Assembly: GCA_051294375.1 (NCBI GenBank)
Contig: CM119263.1
Span: forward strand, 1,162,550 to 1,226,549
Length of the DNA stretch: 64,000 nt
Direction: 5' to 3'
From: Paraspadella gotoi
Lineage: Eukaryota > Animalia > Chaetognatha
Both the position numbers and the translations under genes were made by a program. Shown piece after piece: positions 13,901 to 26,700 of this stretch. The first letter of the stretch is position 1, and each line of letters opens with the position of its first letter. The notes beneath the pieces are model-generated. The model saw nothing but the letters and a program-made list of their open reading frames with translations. It was not told the origin of the DNA and did no database searches.

Positions 13901-16332
13901 CTCTCCTCTCTTACCTCTCTTATTTCCCCTTCTTTCCTTCACTTCTCTTTCTTATCGTTTCTTCTTCCTCCCTCTCTCCTCTACCTCCTTTCATCTCCCC
14001 CATTTTCTTCTCGCGACAAAAAGGTTTCATCAAAGTTTCGAAGATTCAGCTCCTCCGGCCACTCTCGGTCCAAGGCAGTGATGGGGTGCGAGGTGGGGGG
14101 CGTGGGAGAGATTAGGGGGAACACCTTTCTTTGCGAATCGGGAAAAAAAAAATTTGATCGAAAGCTTGGAATTAATTGAACAGTCATGCGCAACCAGAAA
14201 ACTATTCTCGAATCGGCGATTTCTGAATGGTATCTAAACTTAACTTTGGAATGATGAGATATCTTCTGAGAAATGCGAATACGTTTTAAATGTATTCATT
14301 TTTAAGAGGAAATACTAAATTGGGCCAATGAATTCACTTGAAAAACCGCTAAACATTTTGTGTTGGAAATTTAGGGAAAAAAGTACAAAAGTTCTGAAAT
14401 TTCGAAATTAAATTTCCTTTTCCCTTTCAAGAATTTTTCGGATAAGATTTTGAAGCGAAGAAAAATATTAGAATATAAATTAAAAGTATAATAATATTAA
14501 GTCATGATATAAAAAAACAGTGACAACAAAAAAGAAATCTAAGGAAAAATTGGTGTCGTTCAGTTTTGAAGCTGCACCGATTCACAAAGAAATAAAACAG
14601 GCGTTTTTGATGTTTCTTGTTCGCAGCCGCCCGATGCCCCCACCGCCCGCCTCCGCCGCCTTGCAACTCAACGCCGGCCTATTCCATTGACACTGCTCGC
14701 CACTCTCCCCTCCTGCTGCCGCCGACGCCGGACATCTGCGGGAGCGATGCTTTTGTGTTTTATGATCTCATCCCAAGAGCTTGAAGGCAGCACTCGAGAG
14801 ACGACCAAATAACTAAACACCGACAGGGGAGCGTTCTTCAAGTGAAAGGCCTCGATTTTTTGAAATTACCACTTTAGAGATCAACCTTGTCTCTTTGTAA
14901 CTCTCTTCTGCTCTGTCTCTCTGTTCTCTCTGTCTCTCTCTCTGTCTCTCTCGTCTCTCTCTCTCTCTCTTGCTCTGCCTCTTCTTCTAGTCTATCTCTG
15001 CTCTCTCTCTTCTCTCTCTGAATTGACATTTGTAGATTCAACCTTTTTGGTAACTCTCTCTCTACTGTCGTCTTCTCTCTCTCTTGTCTCTTCTTCCTCT
15101 TCTCTCTCTGAAAATTAACTTTTAGAGATTCTTTACCAACGCTTTTCGTTTTAACTCTCTCTCTCTCTCTCTCTCTACTTCATCTCTCTCCCGTCTACAT
15201 TATCGTACCCCTCCTCACTCCTCTCTCATTCTTCTCCTCTCTCTCTCTCTGTCTCTACCTCTCCACTCCCTTCCTCTTTTCATTCCTGAAAACAAACCAA
15301 ATTCCTGACCCAAAAAAAATTTTCCACATCCGCGTTTTCGTTTCAGGCACACCAAAGAGAACCGTCATCCTCTCCTCTCCTCTCTTCTCTCTCTCTCTCG
15401 CTCCTTCCTACTGCTCTCGTTCTCCTCTTTCCTCCTCTCTCTTTCTCTCATCTCTTTTTTTTTCTCTTTCTCTTAATTATTAAAAATGAACCCTCTCCAT
15501 TCAAGTTACTTTCCAACTCTTTTCAAATCTCAAGATACATAAAACCGGCCAAGTATAATGAAAACTTATTTAATCTAGCAACGCTTTATAAATCGTTAAA
15601 ATTGATTAGACTTCAAATTGCACTTGCATTTTATTCTAATTTGATTTATGTTTTTGCTGCATCAGTTTTCTGGATGAAGCAGGGAATGTAGAAGCGGAAG
15701 GGAAGAAGGACTAACAGGCCACACTATACAATCGTCCGACCTCCAACATTCTCTTGGTATGTATCCGCCGCGGACTGATAAAGAAGCCACGCCCACAATA
15801 ACGGACGTACTGACGCGACGACGACCACCCCCTATCATTCTGATAAATAAACTCGGTGCTTGCGAAGGGGGAAACAAAAGACTCGACTGGACACTCTGGC
15901 CTCTTCGACTGACGCGGCCACTGATTCTGCCCCCTGCCGCAGTTCTCAGAGATAAGAAAAAAACCAACATATTGATCTTCTTAAGTGTTTATTGCAGAAC
16001 ATACAAACACTAGGCAGCTGGCGACGACGGCGTCTCCTAGATTCTAACTCGTCACGCCTAAACGACTCGGTGGCAACCCAGTTGGTCTTGATTTGATAGC
16101 ATTTAAATTTATCATTGTCCCAATGAGAGAGAGACTTTTTTTGGAAAAGATCATGCCACGGTTTGAACTTATTTTATGCGATCGGGGAAATAAACAAGAA
16201 CGGTATTGGCCAATATAAGTAATCAAAGCGTGCCATTTTGAAGAACTTACTTTGATTTTAAGCTTGTGACTTTTTATAACTCACAACTGTCTAATGAAAC
16301 ATACGTGTTTGAGACAACGTTCTGTAGTGATA

Positions 16333-16376
<44 letters not shown>

Positions 16377-18901
16377 CTCTTCTCTCTCTCTTTCTCTCCT
16401 GTCTGGCTCCTACTCTCGCTGCATTCTCTTTCTTTCTCTCTTCTGCGTTGCCGGCCTAATTCATTTGCCCCCTGAAACTTCATTTCTCTTTTTTTTTCTG
16501 TCGTCTGCCCCCAAAAGAAGGGTCAGCCTAATGTGCCTCGCTTCGGCGGTGGTCCAAGGACTGTGATTACTCCGCGCCCAGCTCTCTGCCGACGCGCGTC
16601 ATCGCAGGCGTACTCACGCCACTGTGTTCTACCTTCGCGGTGACGAATAAGCCCTCTGGATACCGTCGCGCTGGGGACATCATTGTCCTGTCTCTATGCG
16701 TGTACTGATGGTGGCGGGTGAATCGGTTAGGAGCATTAATCGTGAGAAAGAGCGACATGCGCGTGTGCCCATGTCCTATAAAAAAGTGGACATGGTACGA
16801 CTGAAGCGGCTATCACCTCTCTCTTCCGCGATAACTGGAGCCAGTCAGCACGGGAATCCCTCTCTTCGTCTCTCTCTCTCTTCTCTCTCGTTCTACCTTT
16901 CCCCTTCATCTCTCTTATGTTCTCAGCGTCTGCCTTTCTCTTCTCTCTCTCTCTCTTGTGTCTCGCCTCTCGCTCTGCCGTTGCATCTGCTTCCTCTCAT
17001 CTCTCTGCTTCGTCTCCTCCTCAGCTGCTCGTCTCTCTCTCCTCTCTCACTGCTTCCTCTCACTCTGATTTCCTTTCCTTCTCTCCTCTCGTGCTCATCT
17101 ACTCTTACTCTCCTCTCGTATCTCTTGGCTATCTCTCTCTCTCTCGCGCCAAGCTTCTCAATCAGTCGTTCTACTCCTATCTTTTCTCTGCATCATCCAA
17201 CTCAGAGGCTCCTTCCTCTCCTCTCTCTCTCTTCTCTCTCTCTTTGCTCTCTCTACCTCTCCTCAGTTCTATCCAGTCCAACCCTCTTCTCTGTCATTAA
17301 CATCTCTCCCGTTCTTCATTCCCTAGTGGTCCGATATATTTCCCGTCGTGTCTGCATCTTATATTCTGCCAGGTCACAACGGAGACTGGCGCGTCAGACA
17401 GCTGCGGGGCGGGCGGTACGTGAACCGAAGCCAGTGAATATCCGGACAAACACAAAGGCAGAAAGGCCAACAAGAAGAATCAAACCAAGGTAGACGCGAG
17501 TACTAAATGTAATTATATCTACGGACGCCCCTCGCATGACAAACCGCACGTGACGATGTGTCCAACGGGCGAACCGACAGGCCTGATTATAACAGAAGGG
17601 CATAAGACAGAAGCTCACTATGTAGAGATGTGAGAGCATTCAGACATAGCATAAAATGTTAGACAGGATAAGGAAGAAGACTGAATGTACATTCGATAAT
17701 GTAGTCACAGAACAGATCGGACTAATACGACACAATATGACAGCGTATAGACAGATAGAGCGCAAAGGAAAAAATTTAAAACTACGAAGATAAGACATGA
17801 TAGTAGCTTGGACGTGGAAACAGGACATAATCAAGCGCACAAGTCGCGCAGTCTTGAGCAAAGCCTGCATATAGCACAGCCGGAGTACAGCCTATACTAC
17901 CGCTCTGCGCCTGTCGCTCTTGCAAATGTCATGTGTGGAGCTTCACTGCCTCGTGTGACACAATAAATTGTGTGAAGGAGATAAAAAATAAGGTGGGAAA
18001 CGTTAAGATGAAGAGAGAGATCAGATATGCAGAAAATAAGGTTTACTCGGTGATATCTCTTACTCATGAACTTTCTCTATCTCCCTCTCTTCATCTCTCT
18101 AATCTTCTTCGGCTCTGCTCTCTCTGCTCTCTCTCGTTCGTCTCTCTGTCGTCGTCCTCTCTCGTCGTCGTGCTGCCTCTGCAAGCGTACAGCTCTATCG
18201 TGCGCCGTAAAGTCGAATGACGCGCCGAGCTGGAAGCTGTCTCGCGAAAAGGATAAGTATTCACTAAGAAAGGCTAGCAATAAACTACACAACCTCCATA
18301 AAAGGACAGTGACAAACTCAGTACTATCCTGGTGCTCTCTCCGTCCACACCGCCAATAAGATAGCGCCGCGCGACAGACTACCCATACGCGGATATCATA
18401 TAGATATAACAGAAACCCCAGTATGATTCAGAAATTACAGCAGACGCAAAGACGCGCAACGCGAGACTCGAGGCAATCACAAGAAGATAAATCAAAATGC
18501 TCAAGGCACCAGTGAACAAACGATTAAAAAGAGACCAAGTAAGTGTAAAGTGAAAAGATAAGATATAACATGCACAAAGAGTAAAATGTAAGTAACTGAT
18601 CAAGAAAAAGAGAAAAGAAAGTCTGATAATATGTCGTTTTCAAGGGTTTTCAGGACTGTTGGATATTAATTTACGTTCGCTTTTTATTTCAAATTCGGTA
18701 TAACTCATACTTTGCAAAGAACGACGAGTTAATGTTTTATGCCAGATATTATAATCTTTGGTTAGCGAGACGAGTATATAAGGATATTTTAATGTTGCAA
18801 TTATAATCAATCAGTTATTACGTATTATAAAATACTTTTATTAATCCTTTCATTAGAGCTAAAACAGATTTCTACTAATTTTGTTTCCAGTTGCTCTTGA
18901 A
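10991..18901 (+). repeat. Large direct duplication, copy 2 (insertion-rich, probably uncorrected long-read sequence)
   Basis: Same order of landmarks as copy 1 but ~1.8 kb longer, with dense 1-3 nt insertions; has sequence where copy 1 has N-gaps. Confidence 0.9.
13129..13543. mobile_element. Second copy of the foldback element, inside the duplicated block
   Basis: TTTACGCAGTAGGCCATATTTA ... TAAATATAGCCTACTTGCGCAAA; colinear with 5351-5760. Confidence 0.6.
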
Positions 18902-20717
18902 GAATGTGTCTTTCAAATAATTTATCAGATAATTTATGATACTTTTTAGATAACTTTTAATTAATTTTCTGGTACGAACTGAATTCGTAGTAATACGTAG
19001 GAAGCCGTTTATAGAAAAAGAAGCCAGTGACTTTTTTCTTATATTTTTATATCGATAGATGTGGAATGAACGGGGAATATTGTTAAATCTCAAGTTTCGC
19101 TTTTAATTCGGACCTCACATTGGTGGAGATTAATTCTTAGGGAAAGCTAATCGAAAATTTCCAACCCTTTTTTTCAAGCATGGTCTCGCCTTTTAAGATT
19201 TTTCGACCGGTTCGTGACTTGCGCTCTTTAAACAAAACTTATAATTCCGCTAGTTAATTTTTTCGTAAACAGCAAGAGGGAATGCCAGCAGACTTTCGGT
19301 TTTTATGATTTCTGTAAAGAAAATATCATAAATTACATTTAACATTGGGATATTAGTGGAAAGTATAATTCTTGTTGAGCCTGTGGAGTTAAGATAAGTT
19401 AAGAAAAGTTTCGCCTATTTTATTAGTTGAAAATGACAGTAAAGTGAAGAATTGAATGTTCTTCCGTCATTTCAGTAAAACATCGCCGTGTGCGCTAGGC
19501 ATAAATTAATGGTTACTTTTTCGCTGTGGAAAGAAAAGATAAATACTAGGCTGTTGATGGGGGAATAATATTTTAGTAGAAATTTTGTAAGCATGCTTGG
19601 TAAAATCAGACAAGCAAATATTTAAGTGACCAAAAAATTCACATTTTCTTTATTCCAAAAACTTTAAAGTTTTTACTATAGTACAATTTAGCCTTTTTTT
19701 CTTAAGAATCATATAAAAAAGAATTAAATTTTCATTATTTAGGTTTTTAAATTCCATTATAATTTTGAGCTGTAGTTGACAGCTCACCCTGTAAAGTTTC
19801 AGCATAAGTAACTAAAATTGTATCTTGTATGTGGCCCTATTGATTTATTGGCTTCATTTTACGATACCATCCCTTTGATCTTATTCCGTTCAAAAGGATA
19901 TAGGGAAAAATCAGTTTTTTTTCTCGAACTTCCTTTTTAGATTTTGTTTTTTAAATAGAAAATTTCGCATTCAAAACCTGGACTATTTCATTTAAACTCT
20001 GCATCTTTTATGTCAAATCGATTATAAAATGAAAAGAAAAATAGGGACAAAGCTCTTCCAGACACGAAACTATTCAAATCGCAAATCGAAGTCGCTCATC
20101 GTACCGGAACAGTATAGGCAAGTGCGCCGTTTTGCAATTTTAATTTTAAAGCTTCTCCTTTCATTCTTTCTATAGTCAAAAATTGAGGTTTGAAAATGTC
20201 TCCGGATGATTTGCTTAGTAGTGCATTTTTCCCCCTTGGGGCTGTTGATATTAAATCCTTTAATCAAATGCCAAAAACTGAATAGGAACAAGACTCTTCA
20301 GATGCAACACTCTCCCGGAAGCGGTGCGCCGGTTTTTTTTAAACAAAAGTGTTTGGTTTTTTTTTAAAAAAAAAAAAAAAACCAAATTTCTGGCAAACGG
20401 CGTTTGTGCACATTTCGTAGTCAGATTGAACGGAATTCTACTTGAAGAAAGTTTTAATTTTTTTTTGTAAGGCGAGTTCGTGCCTACCTAGATAAGTACG
20501 GGCAACAATACGGAAAAATGGAAATGAGGAAGAGGACAAGATGAGAAACAAGAAAGTCAAAGAATACAAAGTCGTAATTTTCATAAAAAGTAAGTCGCAA
20601 AATTTGTGTAAAGCGACTCAACATGCAAATCTGATTGACAACAACAACAACAACCCCATCAACAACAACAACAACAACAACAACAACAAGCTCTCCAAAA
20701 AGGACAACTCGTCTCAC

Positions 20718-23700
20718 CTCGGAACGTCGGCGACCGAATTGATCCTTTTCCCGATTCGAATCGGCGGGCGTCTCAATCCCGGCGACTGACTTCCGGCCAT
20801 ATTTCCGGCGCCGAGTTGAGGTGAGTGACAACCGGAAATCATGGAGGCCGCCACGCCCACCGCAGATCCGTTGCTATGGTAACCAAAGAGGTGAAAGAAG
20901 TAAATAATCGTCACGCGGTAATGGATGAAGTGAAAAAACCTCACCTCAAACTAGAATCGGTCCGATTGTGAATTCTGTGCCTCATGACGAGTTCGTCGGC
21001 CGACGGGTCAGTCAACAATCGATCCAGAGTCTTCACCTTCGTGTAGTCCAGCTCGCACGGTCCCGTCAACAGTGTGGACAGAGTCTGACTGTCTAGAGTG
21101 TCCGCCATCAGAGCTGAGAAGGAGAGTTTTTTTGGGGTTATTATCAAGTTATTATTTTAATGAGTTTTAATTGTATACGACAAAGATTTGATGCATAACT
21201 TGCTTGATTAATTGCTTGGCGACTTTTCACGTTCTTACCGTGTGGTTCGTAGTAAGCTTTGGCTGTGGAGGCGACGAAGTTAATGATTCCAACGAGTTTT
21301 CTCTTGAGGATCGCGATTCTGATCCAAAGGCATCTCTCTCTCGCCGTTTGGCCGGAAGTGGTCAGGGAGGTCGATGATCCTGATTTTAAATCATTAAAAA
21401 CAGTTCTTTAAAATATGTCCTTTTTAAAGAAAACGCGTAATACATAATACATAATTGTAATACGTAATACATTTATAGGAAAGGTAAATCATAAAATGTT
21501 AAATTTTTAGCAAATGGCTCGAAAAGATTTTGCGAACACCTTTTGTTTAGAATGTAGATCTTTGAAGGAAAACACCGCTTTCAGTTCCCTCTTTCGTCAA
21601 TTTGAGGCATTACAACAAAAGACGAGAGAGTAACCCGAACTATTCTATAAAATATATAAAATAATATAGATGATATAATATATATTATATGAGATATATT
21701 ACATTATTATATACTGTTATGCCGTTTTATAAAATCATACATACATTATACAAAGCTAAAATGTTCTTTTTTAGAATCTTATACAAACCGGAAGCTGTTT
21801 TCCCGGCAGATTCGATTTCCTCCGCCTCGGATGTCATCTTTAATACTTCTGCAGCGCCGTCGTGAGTTCTTGGAAAAAGGAAAAGGAAAAGGAAAAGGAA
21901 AAGAAAAAGGAAAATGAGAGGTAAAGGAAAATAGAAAAGGAAAAAAGAATAATTGCATTTATTGAGAGCGTTACTAACTTATAACTTATATATTTTGAAA
22001 CTAACGTTATAATTTTCGCGATTTTCTTTTTTTTTTTACTGAAATATCATAAAATATGATGATTGGAGGCCTTGAACCACCAAAGCCTTTAAAAATTGAG
22101 GGGCTGATTTATTAAATGAATGGATAATTCTAGTAATATTGGTTGTACCAATTTCACACGAAGTAATTCTTAAAAAGAGTCCAAATTTGATCTCCGAAGT
22201 TTTAATTGTTTAATGTAAAATTCTACGCTTAAAAAAATGCCTTAGACAGATCATTTATTAATTATTTTTTTTCGAAGGGTAACCCCCTGCTACCCTTCTC
22301 CGTTTTCTAAGCTTTTAAAGATGAGCGTTTTAACGGAATTGGTTCACACGATTCTTCGCGTGGTGATCCTTTTCCTCGTCGCCTGCTTCAAAAACCTTTT
22401 TCCTCTTGGTCCTTACAAATCAGTTCGCAACGAAGTCATTCTCATCACGGGTCAGTCTTGGATCCATCGGGGAAGGGTTGGGTAAGGCAGATTGGGTGAG
22501 TCGGGTGAAATTCTATAGAGTTTCGGATGACAAGTTGGTGAGTTAAATTTTAGAGAGACGAGCGAAAAGTAAAGACAATATATATTAAAAATTTATTTTA
22601 TTATGTAAATATTTATCAATGCTACAAAAATTCTACTAATTGCTGTCGGCAAAAATCGATTAATGATACAAAAACTATGAAAGATTTCAATCACTTTTGC
22701 CGACTTTTCTTTTTTCGGCCGACTGCATCTTTCGATCCGCCCGACATTCGACGCAGGCACCGGCGGCGGCCTCGGCCGACAAATGGCCGAAAAGTTCGCG
22801 TTACGTCACGGGGCGAGGATCATTTGCGTCGGGCAGAACGTCGCAGCCAATCAGGAAACGGCGGACAAAATTAACTTCAACGGTGTGAGTCTCAGCCAAT
22901 CAGGAATGAGTGAAGATTCGATCTAATATATTTGGAGAGATAGTTTGTAGTTGGAGGAAGGGCTTGACCCAAATGATTCCGGTTCACCAACCAAAAGTTG
23001 CAGGCGCTACGGTAAGATCCGTAGTTGTAAAACTGCTGCGCAATAGTCCGAGAACTTCCCACCGCATTGACTTCCGCAATTGTATCATGGTGGACTAAGT
23101 TCCACCAACCGTTTATCAGCGCCCATTGGTGCAGGAGGCAATCATTCGCCTCCCAATCCAAAGGTCCCGGGTTCTAGCCCGGTGGTCGCCTTGCAGTTAA
23201 GAGGGACGGGGCGCTTAACATGGTGTTATAGGCGGGTTAAATCCAAAGCTCAGAGACTGCTTAATTGCTTATATTGAACGGTTCTGTCCCTAACTCATAA
23301 CAATTATTACTGTCCCTTCAGTATTCTTTATAAATTAAAACGACTTATTTTAACCTCCCGATCCCCTTGCTGGCATCTTCCCCCAATAAAGGGAAGGGCT
23401 GTCGTCTACCCTTGCGATCTCGTCGACTCTGAGCAAGTGGCATCAATGGCTCAGGCAGTCAAGATCAACGAGGGAGACATCGACATTCTCATCAACAACG
23501 CGGGCGTCGTGACGGGAAAGGCATTCTTGGAATCAACCAATCAGATGAACAGGTGATTTGTACGGTTTGAATGGAATCAACCAATCAGATGAACAGGTAA
23601 TTGATACGGTGTGGCGGTATAGTTGCACAAGTCGCGCCCGGTCACGTCCACGCATCCATCAGCCAAGTCCATTGGCTCAGAGGGGGAACACACCATCCAG

Positions 23701-26700
23701 GGGTAGTGTTCCATCCACAGTCCTAAAGACTTCCTCTGCGTTGGCAAAGCGAGAGACGTCCTAGGTGTAACCGCGCCAGTGACTGGAGCGTCACTGAGGT
23801 GTCGGATGCCCCCAAAGCCAACAGTGAGATGCCCATCCCAATGGGCATCACAGGCAACACGGCTGTTGCCATAACGGGTTTGATTGAATAAAAATGGTCC
23901 CGTCCGTTTATTTTATGTTTTTGATTTTGATTTATTTATTTAAAAGAAAAAAAGGACTGAGTTATTCGAAAGATGTACAAATAAGCTTAATCATTTTTTA
24001 GTAGTCGTCTTAATTTCACAATCTCATATTCTTCACTCAGACAAACGATTGCTAGTGAACACAGAGAGTCACTTTCTGGATGGTGAAGGCTTTCTGCGGC
24101 GATGATCGCGAAGAATCACGGTCACATCGTCACCATTGCCTCTGGAGCCGGTGAGAGGAGTTGCGGATCCCGGCTTGAGGGACTCTCGAATCATTTTTAC
24201 AATGTGTTTGAATATCAGTTAATCTAGTTGTCAGGAAGAAACTCTAGCTTAAATACGAAAAAATTCTGAGAAATACACTGATGGGGCCTATTAATTAGTT
24301 TATCGACAAATATATTTAAAAGTCATGTCAGATGAAATATCCGTGACGAAGGTATCATCCGCTGGAAATGGAACAGTGGATGGATCTGAGAGACCAAATG
24401 GTTTGCCTCTCCTGGCTTTTCTCTATTTTCTTCTGATTGACAATCAGAGAGCTTGCCTCTCTTGGCGTTTCTATCCTTTTCTTTTGAGAGGAGAGGAGGC
24501 TTCCTCGAGGAAACCGACGGCAGGGAAAGAGGAGAGAGAACTTGATCACTCCTCAACTTACCTTCAAGAAATCAACATCGAATTCTGTTTATTGTATTTG
24601 TTTACTGTCTGTTTATAACTTTATACTGCCAGGCAAACCATTTGGTCCATTAAATCCACCCACTGGTATTATAAACTGTGATCCGGTCACGATCGCTTTT
24701 CATTCCCCCCAAACTATCCCAAGGCCTCGTCGGAATCAACAAATTGGCGGACTATTGCGCCTCTAAATACGGCGCCGTCGGTTTCGCCGAGTCTCTCATG
24801 GCCGAACTGGACGTGTGCGGCGCCGACGGCGTCAAAACGACGCTCGTTTGTCCCTACTTCATCTCGACGGGAATGTTCGACGGCGTCGAAACGCGATTCC
24901 CTTTGATCTTGCCGATTTTAACGCCGGATTACGTCACGGATAAGATCATCGACGCCGTCTTGCAAGATCAGGTGGGATAAGGGATTAGGAAAGTTTATTG
25001 CAAGATCAGGTGGGCCAAAAAATGGGGAAAGTTTATTGAGGAAGAGGAAATTAAAAATGAGTACAAATTGGATAACGAAAATGGGAAATTAAAAGGTCAA
25101 AAACATTAAACTAAGTGGGGGATAAAAAGACGACCAGACGAGTTATCGCAGTTTAAACCTAAAAACCGCATTTAAGTAAGTCGACAGGGATTTCAACATG
25201 AAACCAAAGTGGATATTTATTTCACAAAGAACAAGCGCAAGAAGGTGTCAGATTTGAGACAGAGTGAATCAAAGTAGAAACAGAAACTATTTATAAAGAG
25301 CAAAAAGAAATAAATTATGTTATATGAAGAAAGAATAATTTAAAAACTATAAATAATTATTGCTTTAACATTTTTCTTCTCTTTCGCCACTTTTTATTAT
25401 TATTAATTTATGGTTTTCCTTATCGGCCGTTTGCTCTCTTCGTCGTGTCTCTTCTCGTCTCTCTCTCTCTCTTCCTCCTCTCTCTCTTCTCTCATCTCTC
25501 TCTCTCTTCTCGTCTCTTTCCCCCCCCTCCGCCAACCGTCCAGGATGTTCTCTACATGCCGGCGCGTGTCTGTATCGTTGCTTGTCTTCGCCAAAGGATT
25601 TCTGCCGGCGAGGGCGTTGCAGGTCATCCTCAGATTTATCGGCGCCGGAGAAATGATGACGCACTTTGTCGGCAAAAACAAGTGACAAATGACAGCGGAC
25701 TTGGTCGGAAAAGGGGAAGAGGAAGCGACGGAGAATAATGACAAAGGAGCGTCTCGCCGCGATTGGTGAAAAAGTCGAAGAATTTTGAGTAATAAAATTT
25801 GTGTTTTTCTTTCATGAAAATCGATTAACTTGAAAAATAAAGAAAAGCGATTTCTGATTTTTTTTTTTTTTTTATACAGAATGTATCCTATTAACGAATC
25901 TTATTAAGCCATTTTGTTTTTCGATAGAACGTCACGTTAAAAACGTGTCTTACGAATTAGTCGACATTATTTATAACATGGAACTAATAAAGGGTCGTTG
26001 TACATGGGACTACGGGAATAGGGTAATTAAAAAACCAAATACATACTTTCTTATTATTATAATTCTTTGTTCACCGGAGAAATTCCTTAAAAACTAAGTT
26101 CATAATTATTTGCTCCGTAATGAATTGATTCCCGCGACAACGACTCATAATCTGATTGTTGAAGCTTGTTATTATCTCGTCGTTGGCGTCGGAAAAGCTT
26201 GCATTCCATTTGTCAGAACCAAGTCGGTGGAAAATCAAATCGTTCTCATCACGGGTAATTAATTTTTTGGTTGTTATACTAAACTTGAATAATGGAATGT
26301 CACGTTAGTAGATCGACAACTTTGATTAATTTCCGAGGCGCCGGAAGCGGCATGGGACGATGCTTGGCGGAAAAGTTTGCGTTGCGTCACAAAGCGAAAG
26401 TCGTCTGCGTGGACATCGTCGAAGACCAGAATCGAGAGACTGTGGATATCATCAAAGGCAAAAACGTGAGTTTATTGGAGGCGAAGTCAAAGAAACTGGA
26501 ATTGTAAAGACCTTCCTCTTAACGCTCGCTAAATCTGAGCTGGTTTAGTTCTCGAGGTCGCCGAGAGAGGGCGAGTTGGAACCTGTCTCGTGCACGTGAC
26601 CGCGTGAGCCGGTGGAGGGCTCGTTTTATTAGGCCGAGGGCGCGTTGGAGCTCGCCAGGGGGCGCTTGAGAACCCATCTATGTGAAAGAGATGCTCGGCA

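Noticed and set aside
16696-17493. 265-aa ORF
   Set aside because: Lies in the error-rich duplicate copy and is built on degraded CT repeats.
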